Both the position numbers and the translations under genes were made by a program. This document shows positions 19,634-28,502 of a stretch of DNA of 64,000 nt, piece after piece. The first letter of the stretch is position 1. Each line of letters starts with the position of its first letter. The stretch is from a virus, in the IMG/VR virus record IMGVR_UViG_3300010399_000039, positions 7,220-71,219 of that record. The stretch is one strand, 5' to 3'. The notes under the pieces were generated by a model, which did not search any database, was not told the origin of the DNA, and saw only the letters and a program-made list of their open reading frames with translations.

Positions 19634-19879
19634 ATGTTCAACCGAAGACGCATTCTCGCCGCAATCTCACTACTGTTCGGCGGTTCTGTCTCCGTATTTG
19701 CCCAAAGGCGAAAGAGCGGCCCGCCCGATGATGGCGAGGATATTCTACTCGGGCGAAAGACAAGAGAAGTCTGCCCAGTGTGCGGAGACGACGCGCCACA
19801 GAAGGATCACCGCATTGACGGCCTTGTATTCAAGGTCTGTCGTGAATGTGGAACCTTCTACGAGAAGGTGAAGAGATGA
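19634..19879 (+). CDS. Zn-ribbon protein with twin-arginine-like leader
   Basis: MFNRRRILAAISLLFGGSVSVFA; CPVCG...CRECG. Confidence 0.6.
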   Translation: MFNRRRILAAISLLFGGSVSVFAQRRKSGPPDDGEDILLGRKTREVCPVCGDDAPQKDHRIDGLVFKVCRECGTFYEKVKR

Positions 19880-20229
19880 GGATCATTCAGATAGTGCTCG
19901 TTCTACTCTTTCTCGCACTCACGACAGGTGCGCAGGACGGGCCGGTCTATACAATTGAGTTCACTGGCATCACTGCTGACTCGGTAAAGTTCGATGGATT
20001 CTATGACGGGCCGGATCAGGTTGAGCATAAGATCAAGGGCACGCAGAAACTGCCCTACGTTCTTTCTCTCCCGGCCAGTTCGCATATCTTTCTCGATCTC
20101 AAGCCGAACAAGAAGACCTATATGGTTCGTGTCTTTTACAGATCAGGTGAGACGGCGCAATTGCGCAGCACGACTGAGAGTAGGACGAACGAAGGGATTC
20201 ACTTCAATGTTGAGCCTTATGAGCAATGA
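19876..20229 (+). CDS. secreted hypothetical protein
   Basis: MRIIQIVLVLLFLALTTGA|Q signal peptide; ATGA coupling. Confidence 0.62.
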   Translation: MRIIQIVLVLLFLALTTGAQDGPVYTIEFTGITADSVKFDGFYDGPDQVEHKIKGTQKLPYVLSLPASSHIFLDLKPNKKTYMVRVFYRSGETAQLRSTTESRTNEGIHFNVEPYEQ

Positions 20230-20446
20230 CAGCTCTCAAAACGAAGACGCCCTGCGCCAGCTTCTCGCTGAGTCGCGGGCTGAGATCGGCTTAGCGGTGG
20301 GGCGTAAGCAAGAGAAGGCAACGGCGATGCTGTTCGCGGCGAGAGTCGAGCAGATTTGCTTGAAGGGATTAGGTGGAAACCATGACAATCTATTTCGTGA
20401 TGATCGAGAAAGGCAGGCCCGTAGGCGTGGCGCGAGAAGATCGTGA
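20219..20446 (+). CDS. hypothetical protein
   Basis: ATG at 20219 overlaps the end of the previous gene. Confidence 0.4.
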   Translation: MSNDSSQNEDALRQLLAESRAEIGLAVGRKQEKATAMLFAARVEQICLKGLGGNHDNLFRDDRERQARRRGARRS

Positions 20447-20516
20447 ATCCGCAGTCCGGGAATGGGAGCGGCAAGCAGCAGGGCGCGAAGTGGTGATAGT
20501 GGAAGAATGCAGGTAG
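20382..20516 (+). CDS. hypothetical protein (44 aa)
   Basis: MTIYFVMIEKGRPVGVARED...; AGGTGG RBS. Confidence 0.4.
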   Translation: MTIYFVMIEKGRPVGVAREDRESAVREWERQAAGREVVIVEECR

Positions 20517-20519
20517 GCT

Positions 20520-20801
20520 ATGTTTCATTTGAAGGATAACATCTTTTGGGGTCGATTGCGGAACGGCAGCGTTCGTGTATTTCAGTTAAAATCACCGCCG
20601 TCTGATTTCCCCGAGGCGAACACTTCGCTCCATACTGCGAATGTCGTATTTGATCTCGTGATTGACCCGGATGGGTGGGCGTCCATAGTTGCATCTGTCA
20701 GCGCGGGTGGTGAGGGTGACTTACGATTCTTTGCTGCGCGAGAGTTTCACGATAGCACCGGTGAAGTTTCTGTAGTCCAGAAAGGCGCACCCAATGAGTG
20801 A
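20520..20801 (+). CDS. hypothetical protein
   Basis: MFHLKDNIFWGRLRNGSVRV...WASIVASVSAGGE. Confidence 0.6.
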   Translation: MFHLKDNIFWGRLRNGSVRVFQLKSPPSDFPEANTSLHTANVVFDLVIDPDGWASIVASVSAGGEGDLRFFAAREFHDSTGEVSVVQKGAPNE

Positions 20802-20991
20802 CAGCAGCCCTCGATCCGGCGACTGGGACAACATAATGCGCGGCGTGTACGTTGCCGGGGCGTGCGTTATCATCGGCGTCTTTTTGTTCGTGCTGTTCGT
20901 GACCGGCCACGCTGTAGCGGCGATGTGGATCATTATCTCGATCAGTCTGGGCTCACTTGCGGTGTGGGCGCTGCAAGGCAATAAGGATTGA
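20794..20991 (+). CDS. two-TM membrane protein
   Basis: Two hydrophobic segments. Confidence 0.55.
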   Translation: MSDSSPRSGDWDNIMRGVYVAGACVIIGVFLFVLFVTGHAVAAMWIIISISLGSLAVWALQGNKD

Positions 20992-21126
20992 CGATGGCGA
21001 AGACAAAGAAGCCCAAAAAGAAGAGGCCACCGAAGAAGATCAGGTGGTCGAATAAGTAGAAGGGTGAGAAGCTCTCAATGCGCCTGTGGATGACTTGCGG
21101 ACCTCTGGGAGATAGGATGAAAGCTA

Positions 21127-21651
21127 ATGGCAACCGACATTTCAAGGTTCGGTAATAGATATGGAGAACGACGCGCCGATAATGCCAATCTGACCCCTAA
21201 CGAGGAAAGTGACAAACCTCGCATTGAGGCTAAATTGACCAGACAAATCAAAGAGATTGGGCTCGGACCGATTCTAGCAGCGATCTCTATTTTGATCGCC
21301 GCGATTACCCTGACCATTACGTTTACGGAGAAGGCTAATCAGCGCGGATTGATAGACGGGACGGTTCAACAGGCTTTGAAGAATACTGAGTCAAACCGGG
21401 CCGATGATAAGAAGCTCGTTGAGGACGATAAGAAGGCTTTGCTCGATGCGATTCAGAGCATTAAAGGGGATATCGGGCAGGCTCTTGATATCGCCAAACA
21501 GACACGTGCCGATGTGAACACGATGCGCCAGAGTTCGGATCAGCAGATGATCGAGCTTCGACAGCAGGCTCAGGCAAATTGGGCTTGGAGCGGTAAACTT
21601 GAAAGCAGAATCGCGTCGCTGGAAGTGAAGATCGATCGTGCGACACGATAG
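21127..21651 (+). CDS. single-TM coiled-coil protein
   Basis: ILAAISILIAAITLTITF followed by coiled coil. Confidence 0.6.
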   Translation: MATDISRFGNRYGERRADNANLTPNEESDKPRIEAKLTRQIKEIGLGPILAAISILIAAITLTITFTEKANQRGLIDGTVQQALKNTESNRADDKKLVEDDKKALLDAIQSIKGDIGQALDIAKQTRADVNTMRQSSDQQMIELRQQAQANWAWSGKLESRIASLEVKIDRATR

Positions 21652-21662
21652 GAGAAGCGATT

Positions 21663-21887
21663 ATGTCCCCAGGCTTGCTTGATGACGTTATCCTGAAACG
21701 CAAGATTTTAACAGGATACTTTAAGGCCGCGCAGCACGAAGCTGAACAGGCTGAGAAACACGGGATGCTCAAAGACGTGGCCGACCTCGATGCCGAGCTT
21801 CACGACGCCTACCTTGTCTTCAAGGCGAAACTTGAATACGTGGTAGATGAGACGAAGAACCGCGTGACGAAGAAGGTCATTCCGTAG
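21663..21887 (+). CDS. hypothetical protein
   Basis: AGGAG RBS; helical sequence. Confidence 0.5.
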   Translation: MSPGLLDDVILKRKILTGYFKAAQHEAEQAEKHGMLKDVADLDAELHDAYLVFKAKLEYVVDETKNRVTKKVIP

Positions 21888-21968
21888 CAGGAGCCGATGT
21901 GAATGGCGAAGCGGAAAAAGCGCAAACCACAGGAGCGGTAACGTCTTTGATGTGATATAATTAAAGGT

Positions 21969-22610
21969 ATGACTGGTATCTACGAGATTGCGAACCGGCT
22001 GAACGGCAAGCGTTATATCGGCTCTGCTGTATGTTTCAACAAACGGTGGGCTGAACACCGCTCGCTACTGGGGCGTGACAGTCACCATAGCAAGATACTA
22101 CAACAGGCATGGAATAAATACGGTGCGCAGGCATTTGTCTTTCGCGTATTACTGATATGCGCAAAAGAGAACTTACTAATGTTTGAACAGGCATGCTTTG
22201 ACGGATTGCATCCTGAATATAATATCTCACCTACCGCCGGATCGTTACTTGGATATAAGACCTCGGATGAAACTAAGCTGAAGCTATCCAAGAGCTTGGC
22301 TGGCCGTAAGCGCAGTCCTGAGATATGTGCAAAAATCGGCAACGGACACAGAGGTAAAACTATTAGCGCTGAGGCGCGCGCTAAAATATCGGCTGCGAAG
22401 ATCGGTAAAAAGCTAAGCGCGAAGGCGCGGGCAAACATGGCACGTTCCGTCAGAGCCAGAGGCCCGGAGTATCATGCGAAGCTATCTGCGGCCAGAATGG
22501 GTAACAAGAACTCTCTAGGCAGAAAGCATCCACCTGACGTGATTGCAAAGATCTCTGCTGCAAGTAAGGCAATGTGGGCCGCAAGACGTGCGTGCAGCAA
22601 GGCGGCATAA
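21969..22610 (+). CDS. GIY-YIG homing endonuclease with NUMOD3 repeats
   Basis: MTGIYEI.N..NGKRYIGSA...RW.EH, YNISPTAGS and repeated S.E.RAKIS; own extended -10 TGATATAAT just upstream. Confidence 0.92.
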   Translation: MTGIYEIANRLNGKRYIGSAVCFNKRWAEHRSLLGRDSHHSKILQQAWNKYGAQAFVFRVLLICAKENLLMFEQACFDGLHPEYNISPTAGSLLGYKTSDETKLKLSKSLAGRKRSPEICAKIGNGHRGKTISAEARAKISAAKIGKKLSAKARANMARSVRARGPEYHAKLSAARMGNKNSLGRKHPPDVIAKISAASKAMWAARRACSKAA

Positions 22611-22619
22611 TGAGCAAAG

Positions 22620-23267
22620 ATGGCGAAGAAACGCAGAGCACGGAATGGACGTATGCCGGGGCTTGGTGTAGACGCGTTTGGAGGCAGCGTCATTGATCCC
22701 TCAAAGAACGTTAGACAGCTCGCGAAACATGACAGCATCCGTCAAGATGATCTTCGTAAAGCCGAACGTCGATATGTAGGCTCAGAGATTGCGCGCGTGC
22801 GGGAGGTCGCAAACCTCAAGGCTGACCATGTTAAAGAAATCACAGTTATCCATCAGGTTCACGATTACGCGCTGCACAAGGCAGAGGCCGGGCGGCTGGA
22901 TGCTCTTAGAAGCAACGACCGGGAAGACCTGAGGGTTCTGGCAGCGGCGACTACCGCGAAGGCGGAGGCGCTTCAGGTTCAGGTAGCGGCATCGGCAAAG
23001 GCATTGGCCGACACGTTTCAGCAGCAGATGTCGGACGTAATTAAGCGGCTCTCGGCTCTAGAGTTAAGTTCATCTGAGGGCAAAGGAAAGGCAACGGTTG
23101 AATCGCCAATGATGGCTGAGATGGTATCCGAGCTAAAGGCACTACGCCGAGAGCAGTCTGTTGGATCAGGGCAAAAGCAAGGCGCTCTTTCCGTTCGCGA
23201 GATGATTAGCTGGGTACTTCTCACGCTGATAACGCTCTATGCGCTCTATAAGTCGATGAAGCCATGA
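22620..23267 (+). CDS. coiled-coil protein with C-terminal TM helix
   Basis: IDPSKNV N-terminal motif; MISWVLLTLITLYALY at the C-terminus. Confidence 0.6.
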   Translation: MAKKRRARNGRMPGLGVDAFGGSVIDPSKNVRQLAKHDSIRQDDLRKAERRYVGSEIARVREVANLKADHVKEITVIHQVHDYALHKAEAGRLDALRSNDREDLRVLAAATTAKAEALQVQVAASAKALADTFQQQMSDVIKRLSALELSSSEGKGKATVESPMMAEMVSELKALRREQSVGSGQKQGALSVREMISWVLLTLITLYALYKSMKP

Positions 23268-23719
23268 GACACACCATAGGTTTCACTCAAAAATTCACTG
23301 AGCAGGTCGATAGATTTCTTGCCCTGCTTGAAAGATTCGTCAAGGCCAACGAACGGCCCAAAACAACAGGAGCGTTAATCATGTTCAAAGTTAAGGCAGA
23401 TAATCCCGACGTGGTGGCGTCGTTCAGCGAAACCGTGACGGATTCGGAAGGCCACGCGATTAAGGATCAGGCCGTACTCGATTCACTCGTCAAATCTTTC
23501 ACATCCGACAACGCGGACGCGGTAGCAATCACGAAAAACGATGATGGCAGCTACGGCGTCAAGTTCGGTAATCCCGGCGTCGCCGCGCTGAATATCAGCA
23601 TTGCACTTGGAGACGGGACGGTGCTCGGCTCCGGCGTGTTCGGTGTGACCGTAGTCGAAGGTGATCCCGCTGCGGTGACGGACATCAAGTTGAAGCTCGG
23701 CGATCTTGTCGAGGCGTAA
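23264..23719 (+). CDS. Ig-like domain protein
   Basis: TDSEG...FTSDNADAVAI...G.A.LNI beta pattern; alternative start at 23381. Confidence 0.55.
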   Translation: MRHTIGFTQKFTEQVDRFLALLERFVKANERPKTTGALIMFKVKADNPDVVASFSETVTDSEGHAIKDQAVLDSLVKSFTSDNADAVAITKNDDGSYGVKFGNPGVAALNISIALGDGTVLGSGVFGVTVVEGDPAAVTDIKLKLGDLVEA

Positions 23720-23764
23720 CCAATCAGGGGCGGCGTAGAAGTCGCCCTGTTTCAAAGGAACGTT

Positions 23765-23977
23765 ATGACCATACCTCTTTTGATGCTCGCGGCCCCGGCA
23801 TTGCCCGCCGTTCTGGTCTTGCTTTTGAAGATCGTGATCGCTGGCCTGATAGCCTATGCGCTGTTCTGGGCACTCGGAAGGATCGGGCTACCGGAGCCGT
23901 TCAATAAGATTGCCCTAGTGGTCATCGTCCTCGCGATTGCCTACTACGTCATCACGTTACTGCTGGCTTTTGCGTAA
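23765..23977 (+). CDS. small two-TM holin-like protein
   Basis: LFWALGRIGLPEPFNKIALVVIV helical hairpin. Confidence 0.6.
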   Translation: MTIPLLMLAAPALPAVLVLLLKIVIAGLIAYALFWALGRIGLPEPFNKIALVVIVLAIAYYVITLLLAFA

Positions 23978-23984
23978 CGAGAAA

Positions 23985-24067
23985 GGACCGTCGCCGGTCA
24001 TGCTGCGATCAGAGGCGGGCGTCCTGCACCTGCCTCTGATTACTTTCCAAGTGTCCGGCGGCGGCCC
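23985..24067 (+). ncRNA. candidate structured RNA / long irregular hairpin
   Basis: Outer stem GGACCGTCGCCGG/CCGGCGGCGGCCC; inner stem ATCAGAGGCGGG/CCTGCCTCTGAT with G-U pairs. Confidence 0.4.
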
Positions 24068-24103
24068 CCTATTCGAACGTGGCGAAGCTGAGAGAAAAGG
24101 GTA

Positions 24104-24442
24104 ATGGATAAGGCAGCAATCAAGATCGCTCTGACGACCATTGCAAGACAGGCGCTGTCGGCACTGGCGGGCGGCTTAAGCGTCTGGACTTCGAAACGAG
24201 GCCTTGATCTCGGCGGCGAGTTCGCGCTGCTGGCCGGCGCGGTAGCGATCTTCGTGGTGAATACGCTTTGGGGCATCGGAGAACGTTTGCTTCAGAAGTG
24301 GAAGACTAACGCGGCACGGCTCGCCGATCCGAACATGACCCACAAAGAATTGGACGCAGTCGCATCCGAGGTTCCCAAGACGCAACGCATACTGGAAGCG
24401 CTCACCGAACCTAAAACCGAATCGAGCGGGATAGCACGATGA
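24104..24442 (+). CDS. holin-like membrane protein
   Basis: TIARQALSALAGGL..., second TM segment, then a charged tail. Confidence 0.6.
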   Translation: MDKAAIKIALTTIARQALSALAGGLSVWTSKRGLDLGGEFALLAGAVAIFVVNTLWGIGERLLQKWKTNAARLADPNMTHKELDAVASEVPKTQRILEALTEPKTESSGIAR

Positions 24443-25188
24443 CCCTTCAAGACGCACTCGACAGAATAACCGAACGGCTCGACGAAGAGACCACGCCGAT
24501 CTACTGGACTTCGCAGGAATTTGTCGATGCCCTGAACTATGTTCTGCGACTCTTCGCCCTGCTCACGCTCTGGAAAGAAGTTACTGCGAACTTCACTCTC
24601 GTAGCATCGCAATGTTTTCACAATATTCTTTCGCACCCAAGCACGCCGCTCGCGGATTTCATCGTGCCCTTGCGGTTCACCGTTGGTGGGAAGAGGCTCA
24701 AGACCGCAAGCGTTCATCAACTGAATCTGCTGAATCCGTTCTGGACGGTGACGCCAGAAACGGCGGTCCTTGATCTCACCAACACGCTTTCGATCGTGCC
24801 TGAATATTACGCGGTGCTCGGCTGTGATTTGTTGGCGGTCTATCCCCAAGATGACGCAGGAGTAACAGCGCGGCTTACCTATGCGGCTTCCCCGACGCCG
24901 CTTTCACTCTCGAGCTTATCCGCGGTTCTGGACGCGCCACTGGCCTATCACGCTTGCTGTTTGGACTTTGCAATTTTGGTGCTGATGCAGAAGGTAGGCG
25001 GGCAGGAATTCGCCAACGAGATTCCGCGGCTGAAAGTATTTCTGGAAGAGGCGGGAAGACTGGCGGGTATCGTGAGAACGCGGATGATTGCTCAAGGATA
25101 CGAACGCGTGCCGTTCGATCTGACCGCATACGATCAATCAGCGCTGTTCAAGATTCGATTGGCACAGCAGCCGAAGATGGCCGCTTGA
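24439..25188 (+). CDS. adaptor/ring-like protein 2
   Basis: RLDE..PIYWTSQEFVDALN, PEYY, LAVYP, YAASP, YHACCLDFA. Confidence 0.65.
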   Translation: MTLQDALDRITERLDEETTPIYWTSQEFVDALNYVLRLFALLTLWKEVTANFTLVASQCFHNILSHPSTPLADFIVPLRFTVGGKRLKTASVHQLNLLNPFWTVTPETAVLDLTNTLSIVPEYYAVLGCDLLAVYPQDDAGVTARLTYAASPTPLSLSSLSAVLDAPLAYHACCLDFAILVLMQKVGGQEFANEIPRLKVFLEEAGRLAGIVRTRMIAQGYERVPFDLTAYDQSALFKIRLAQQPKMAA

Positions 25189-25264
25189 AGTTGTGTTTTC
25201 GAGCGAGTTGGATTATCCTCGCGGTCAGGTCAGCAAAGAACTTCAGGAGGGAATCGAGGAACTT

Positions 25265-25693
25265 ATGAACCAAGCACTTCAATTTGTGGTCGCAGCCTTC
25301 AACAGAAACCGCACGCTGTTTCTCAGCGTCGTATTTGTCGTTCTGATCGGTGCAGTAATAGTCGTTTGGACGGTCGGCGCTGCGCGTGCCGCATCAACAG
25401 CCGCCGCAGCGGTCGAAGAAATCGTACCAGCGCCAGACCAACAGAAGCCGATCAAGGATCTACTCGCAGAGCAGGCCCAATCTAATCAGGGCTACCAAAA
25501 CAAAATCGATGGCGCGATCCGCACGCTCATGGCACTCACTAAGAATCCGGTGACTGGCGAGATGGGGCTTAAGCCTACGGAATGGCAAGCGACCAGTGAC
25601 GGCAAGGACGGCTTGAAGTTCGTCGCAGTAAAGAAACAACCGAACATCTCAACTGGGGCCGCAACTCAACCGGGAACTCAACCCGACAAATAA
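25265..25693 (+). CDS. membrane-anchored or secreted coiled-coil protein
   Basis: Hydrophobic LFLSVVFVVLIGAVIVVWTVGAARA; GAGG RBS. Confidence 0.6.
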   Translation: MNQALQFVVAAFNRNRTLFLSVVFVVLIGAVIVVWTVGAARAASTAAAAVEEIVPAPDQQKPIKDLLAEQAQSNQGYQNKIDGAIRTLMALTKNPVTGEMGLKPTEWQATSDGKDGLKFVAVKKQPNISTGAATQPGTQPDK

Positions 25694-25708
25694 CACGGAG
25701 GCGCTTTG

Positions 25709-28054
25709 ATGCGAAAACTCCTGTTGCTTCTCGCGGTCCTTGTGGTCGCCTCCGCTTCCTTGCTTACGGCGAGCCGCGCGCGCACGGCTACACCGACCCT
25801 TTCAACCTGCACTTGTTCGACGACAATTTTCGGCACTCAAGGCAACCCGCTTCCCGGCGTTAAGTTCTTCGTTAAGGTTCATTCCTCGGTTGTCAGCGGC
25901 CAACTTGTCCAGCCAGCCAGCTTTAACGTCTCGACAGACGCCGCCGGTATTGCGCGAATCAAGATTGTGCAGGGTGCGAAAGTAACGATATCGAGCGAAC
26001 ACCCTGCGTTTGCGACGCCAGTCACTCGAACCTGGCCCGCCACTTCGACCTGTAGCTTAACGACTCTTTTTGATGTTCCTTTGCCTGCCGCGGTGTTTGG
26101 TCCAGGCACCGTCACGGACAACACGATTCCCAGATGGGACGGGACGACCGGCGCGCTACTTCAGAGCTCAACGGGCGTGATCAGTGACGATGGCGCTTTA
26201 AGCGGAGTCACTATTGCAGGCTCGTTGATTACGTCGGGAACGGTCGCGGCAGCACGGCTTGGCCTGATGACGGGTGACACGGGCGCTGGCGGGGCAAGTG
26301 GCGCTGTACCAACGCCAGCCGCGGGTGACGCCGCGGCAAGCAAGTTCCTTAAAGCTGACGGCACCTGGCAAGTGGTCAGCACGGGCTCTTTTGTAGACCT
26401 GACGACCAATCAAGCCGTTGCTGGCAACAAAACGTTGACCGGGATCACTACTCTCGGCACAGGCACGCACACTGGCGGCAGCATCTTCACTCCTGTCTCG
26501 ACCCCGGAGTTCGTCAGTATCGCTTCTGGCACTTCCGCTACCCCGAGTACAAATGTCGCTCCCGCGATGACCGTGTCGAAGATTTGGAACGGTGCTGCGG
26601 CTGGCGGGGTAGGACTCGTCGCCACGTTCTACGGGACACACGCGGGTGGCGCGGGCGCCGCGGAGATGGTGGACATCTGGGCGCGTCAGACAACAGCGGG
26701 TTCGATCTCGGGGATGTACGTCCGAGCGGTTGGCGCGATTGCCGGTGCGGGGCAGAGTCACTTCGCCGCAGCGTTCTCGATGGAGCAAGACATCACGAAC
26801 GTGGATCGCTCGGTCGCGGAATTCAATATCAACAATCAGACGGGATTCGACGCGGGCGGGGATTACGGCACCGCAGGGAACCGGGCCAATGGGATTGGGA
26901 TTGTCGCGGTTGGAGATAAGAAGAGCACCGTTGCCGTCTATATCGACACACACGGCGGAACGGTTGGAAATTTCTTCACTGGAATAGATTTCAGACCGGG
27001 TTCGGTTGACGCGACAACGCAGAGAGCTATTCGTATTCCCTCACAGACAAGTCTAGTGAGTTGGGCGGTCGGGAACAGCAACGATATCCCTCTCATTCAG
27101 GGCAGCACCGATGGCGTGAATGATACAGTCCGGGTAAGCCCCGCCGGGCGATCAATCGTGCTCGGCAACGGATTTCTGGGAACGACCGGCACGACCGGCT
27201 TTCTGTACATGATGGGCATGGCGGGAGCGCCGAGCGGAGTACCTGTCGCCATAACGGGCGAAGTGCCGATGGTGTACGACACCGTTAATGACTCGTTGAA
27301 GGTCTACAACGGTGGCTCATGGAAAAACGTGGGTACTGGCGGAAGCGGGAACCTAACGGTAGGGACGACCAGTATTACGAGCGGCACGACAACTCGCGTG
27401 TTGTTCGATAACGCAGGAGCCCTTGGAGAATATTCGATTTCAGGAACCGGCAACGTCGCAATGACAGCAGCCCCGAGCTTCACGTCTGGGATGACGCTTA
27501 CACAAGCGCAGGATGGAATCACCAGCCTCACGATCAGCAACACTTCTACGGGCGTGACGGCGGTCGCGGCCATCCTGCTCACCAACAACGCGGGGGCGAA
27601 TGCTGGATTTTTCGGCCTCGCCGGAAGCAACTACACACCTGTTCCGATCTTGCTTGGGCGTCTGTTCTTCGACGCGAACCCGACAACGCAGGGCATCGCT
27701 ATCAACACCGAGAGCGCGCAGCCGATCGTGTTTGGGGTGAGCAGCGCCGAGCGGGGCAGGTTCTCGATACTTGGAGTTTTCAACTCTTTCAAGGGCGGCA
27801 ACGTGCTTTCTGCCGCCACGATCGCGATCACCGGGAATACTTTTCACGTCACCGGCACAACGAACATCACAAGCGTTTCAGGCACGAGCGTCGAAGCGGG
27901 AACGGTTATCACGATCATCTTTGACGATGCGCTGACCTTCACTGACGGATCAAACTTGAAGCTGGCGGGCAACTTCGTGACGACCGCTGACGATACAATT
28001 ACGCTGGTCTACGATGGCTCGAACTGGTATGAGAAGTCGAGGTCGGTGAACTAA
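25709..28054 (+). CDS. tail-fibre-like protein with apparent signal peptide
   Basis: MRKLLLLLAVLVVASASLLTASRARTA; carboxypeptidase-regulatory-like domain; TDNTIPRWDGTTG, GAVPTPAAGD..KFLKADGTW; C-terminal DTITLVYDGSNWYE.SR. Confidence 0.8.
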   Translation: MRKLLLLLAVLVVASASLLTASRARTATPTLSTCTCSTTIFGTQGNPLPGVKFFVKVHSSVVSGQLVQPASFNVSTDAAGIARIKIVQGAKVTISSEHPAFATPVTRTWPATSTCSLTTLFDVPLPAAVFGPGTVTDNTIPRWDGTTGALLQSSTGVISDDGALSGVTIAGSLITSGTVAAARLGLMTGDTGAGGASGAVPTPAAGDAAASKFLKADGTWQVVSTGSFVDLTTNQAVAGNKTLTGITTLGTGTHTGGSIFTPVSTPEFVSIASGTSATPSTNVAPAMTVSKIWNGAAAGGVGLVATFYGTHAGGAGAAEMVDIWARQTTAGSISGMYVRAVGAIAGAGQSHFAAAFSMEQDITNVDRSVAEFNINNQTGFDAGGDYGTAGNRANGIGIVAVGDKKSTVAVYIDTHGGTVGNFFTGIDFRPGSVDATTQRAIRIPSQTSLVSWAVGNSNDIPLIQGSTDGVNDTVRVSPAGRSIVLGNGFLGTTGTTGFLYMMGMAGAPSGVPVAITGEVPMVYDTVNDSLKVYNGGSWKNVGTGGSGNLTVGTTSITSGTTTRVLFDNAGALGEYSISGTGNVAMTAAPSFTSGMTLTQAQDGITSLTISNTSTGVTAVAAILLTNNAGANAGFFGLAGSNYTPVPILLGRLFFDANPTTQGIAINTESAQPIVFGVSSAERGRFSILGVFNSFKGGNVLSAATIAITGNTFHVTGTTNITSVSGTSVEAGTVITIIFDDALTFTDGSNLKLAGNFVTTADDTITLVYDGSNWYEKSRSVN

Positions 28055-28065
28055 AGGAGATTCCA

Positions 28066-28281
28066 ATGAAAGAACGCGTTCTACTAATTCTGTTAGGGCT
28101 AATCATTCTTGGCGCACTCGTCTATGTATGGGTCGCGTTCTTGTACGAACCTAATCCTTGGAGCATCGTGCTGATCATCGAATTTATTCCTACCGGCTTT
28201 GTATTCTTTGTTGGTTTCTGCCTCATCTATGGAGGACTTTTCGGCGGTTCGGATAGACAACTGCAACGGGGGCTTAGATGA
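28066..28281 (+). CDS. two-TM membrane protein
   Basis: AAGGAG RBS; two hydrophobic helices. Confidence 0.55.
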   Translation: MKERVLLILLGLIILGALVYVWVAFLYEPNPWSIVLIIEFIPTGFVFFVGFCLIYGGLFGGSDRQLQRGLR

Positions 28282-28502
28282 AAAGGCATTTCGTTCTACG
28301 AAAGAGTTCAGACGGTAGTGCGTTCTTTGGCCTTCTCTATCGCCCCTCCGATCCCTGGAATTGGCATTACCGGGTTATCTTCCAGTGGCGTCCTTGGTAT
28401 CTTGGTCCTTTGTTTGTGCCGGTGCTCATCCTGGGCAGCGAATATGTAGTTGCGGGTGTCATCGCAATCGCCACATTTCTCTTTCTTGCCGGTTGGCTCT
28501 GA
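28278..28502 (+). CDS. membrane protein
   Basis: ATGA coupling; hydrophobic C-terminal half. Confidence 0.5.
   Translation: MKRHFVLRKSSDGSAFFGLLYRPSDPWNWHYRVIFQWRPWYLGPLFVPVLILGSEYVVAGVIAIATFLFLAGWL

Noticed and set aside
21888-22619. Group I intron around the GIY-YIG gene
   Set aside because: The flanks are too short for an intron core and no interrupted conserved gene is evident; treated as free-standing.
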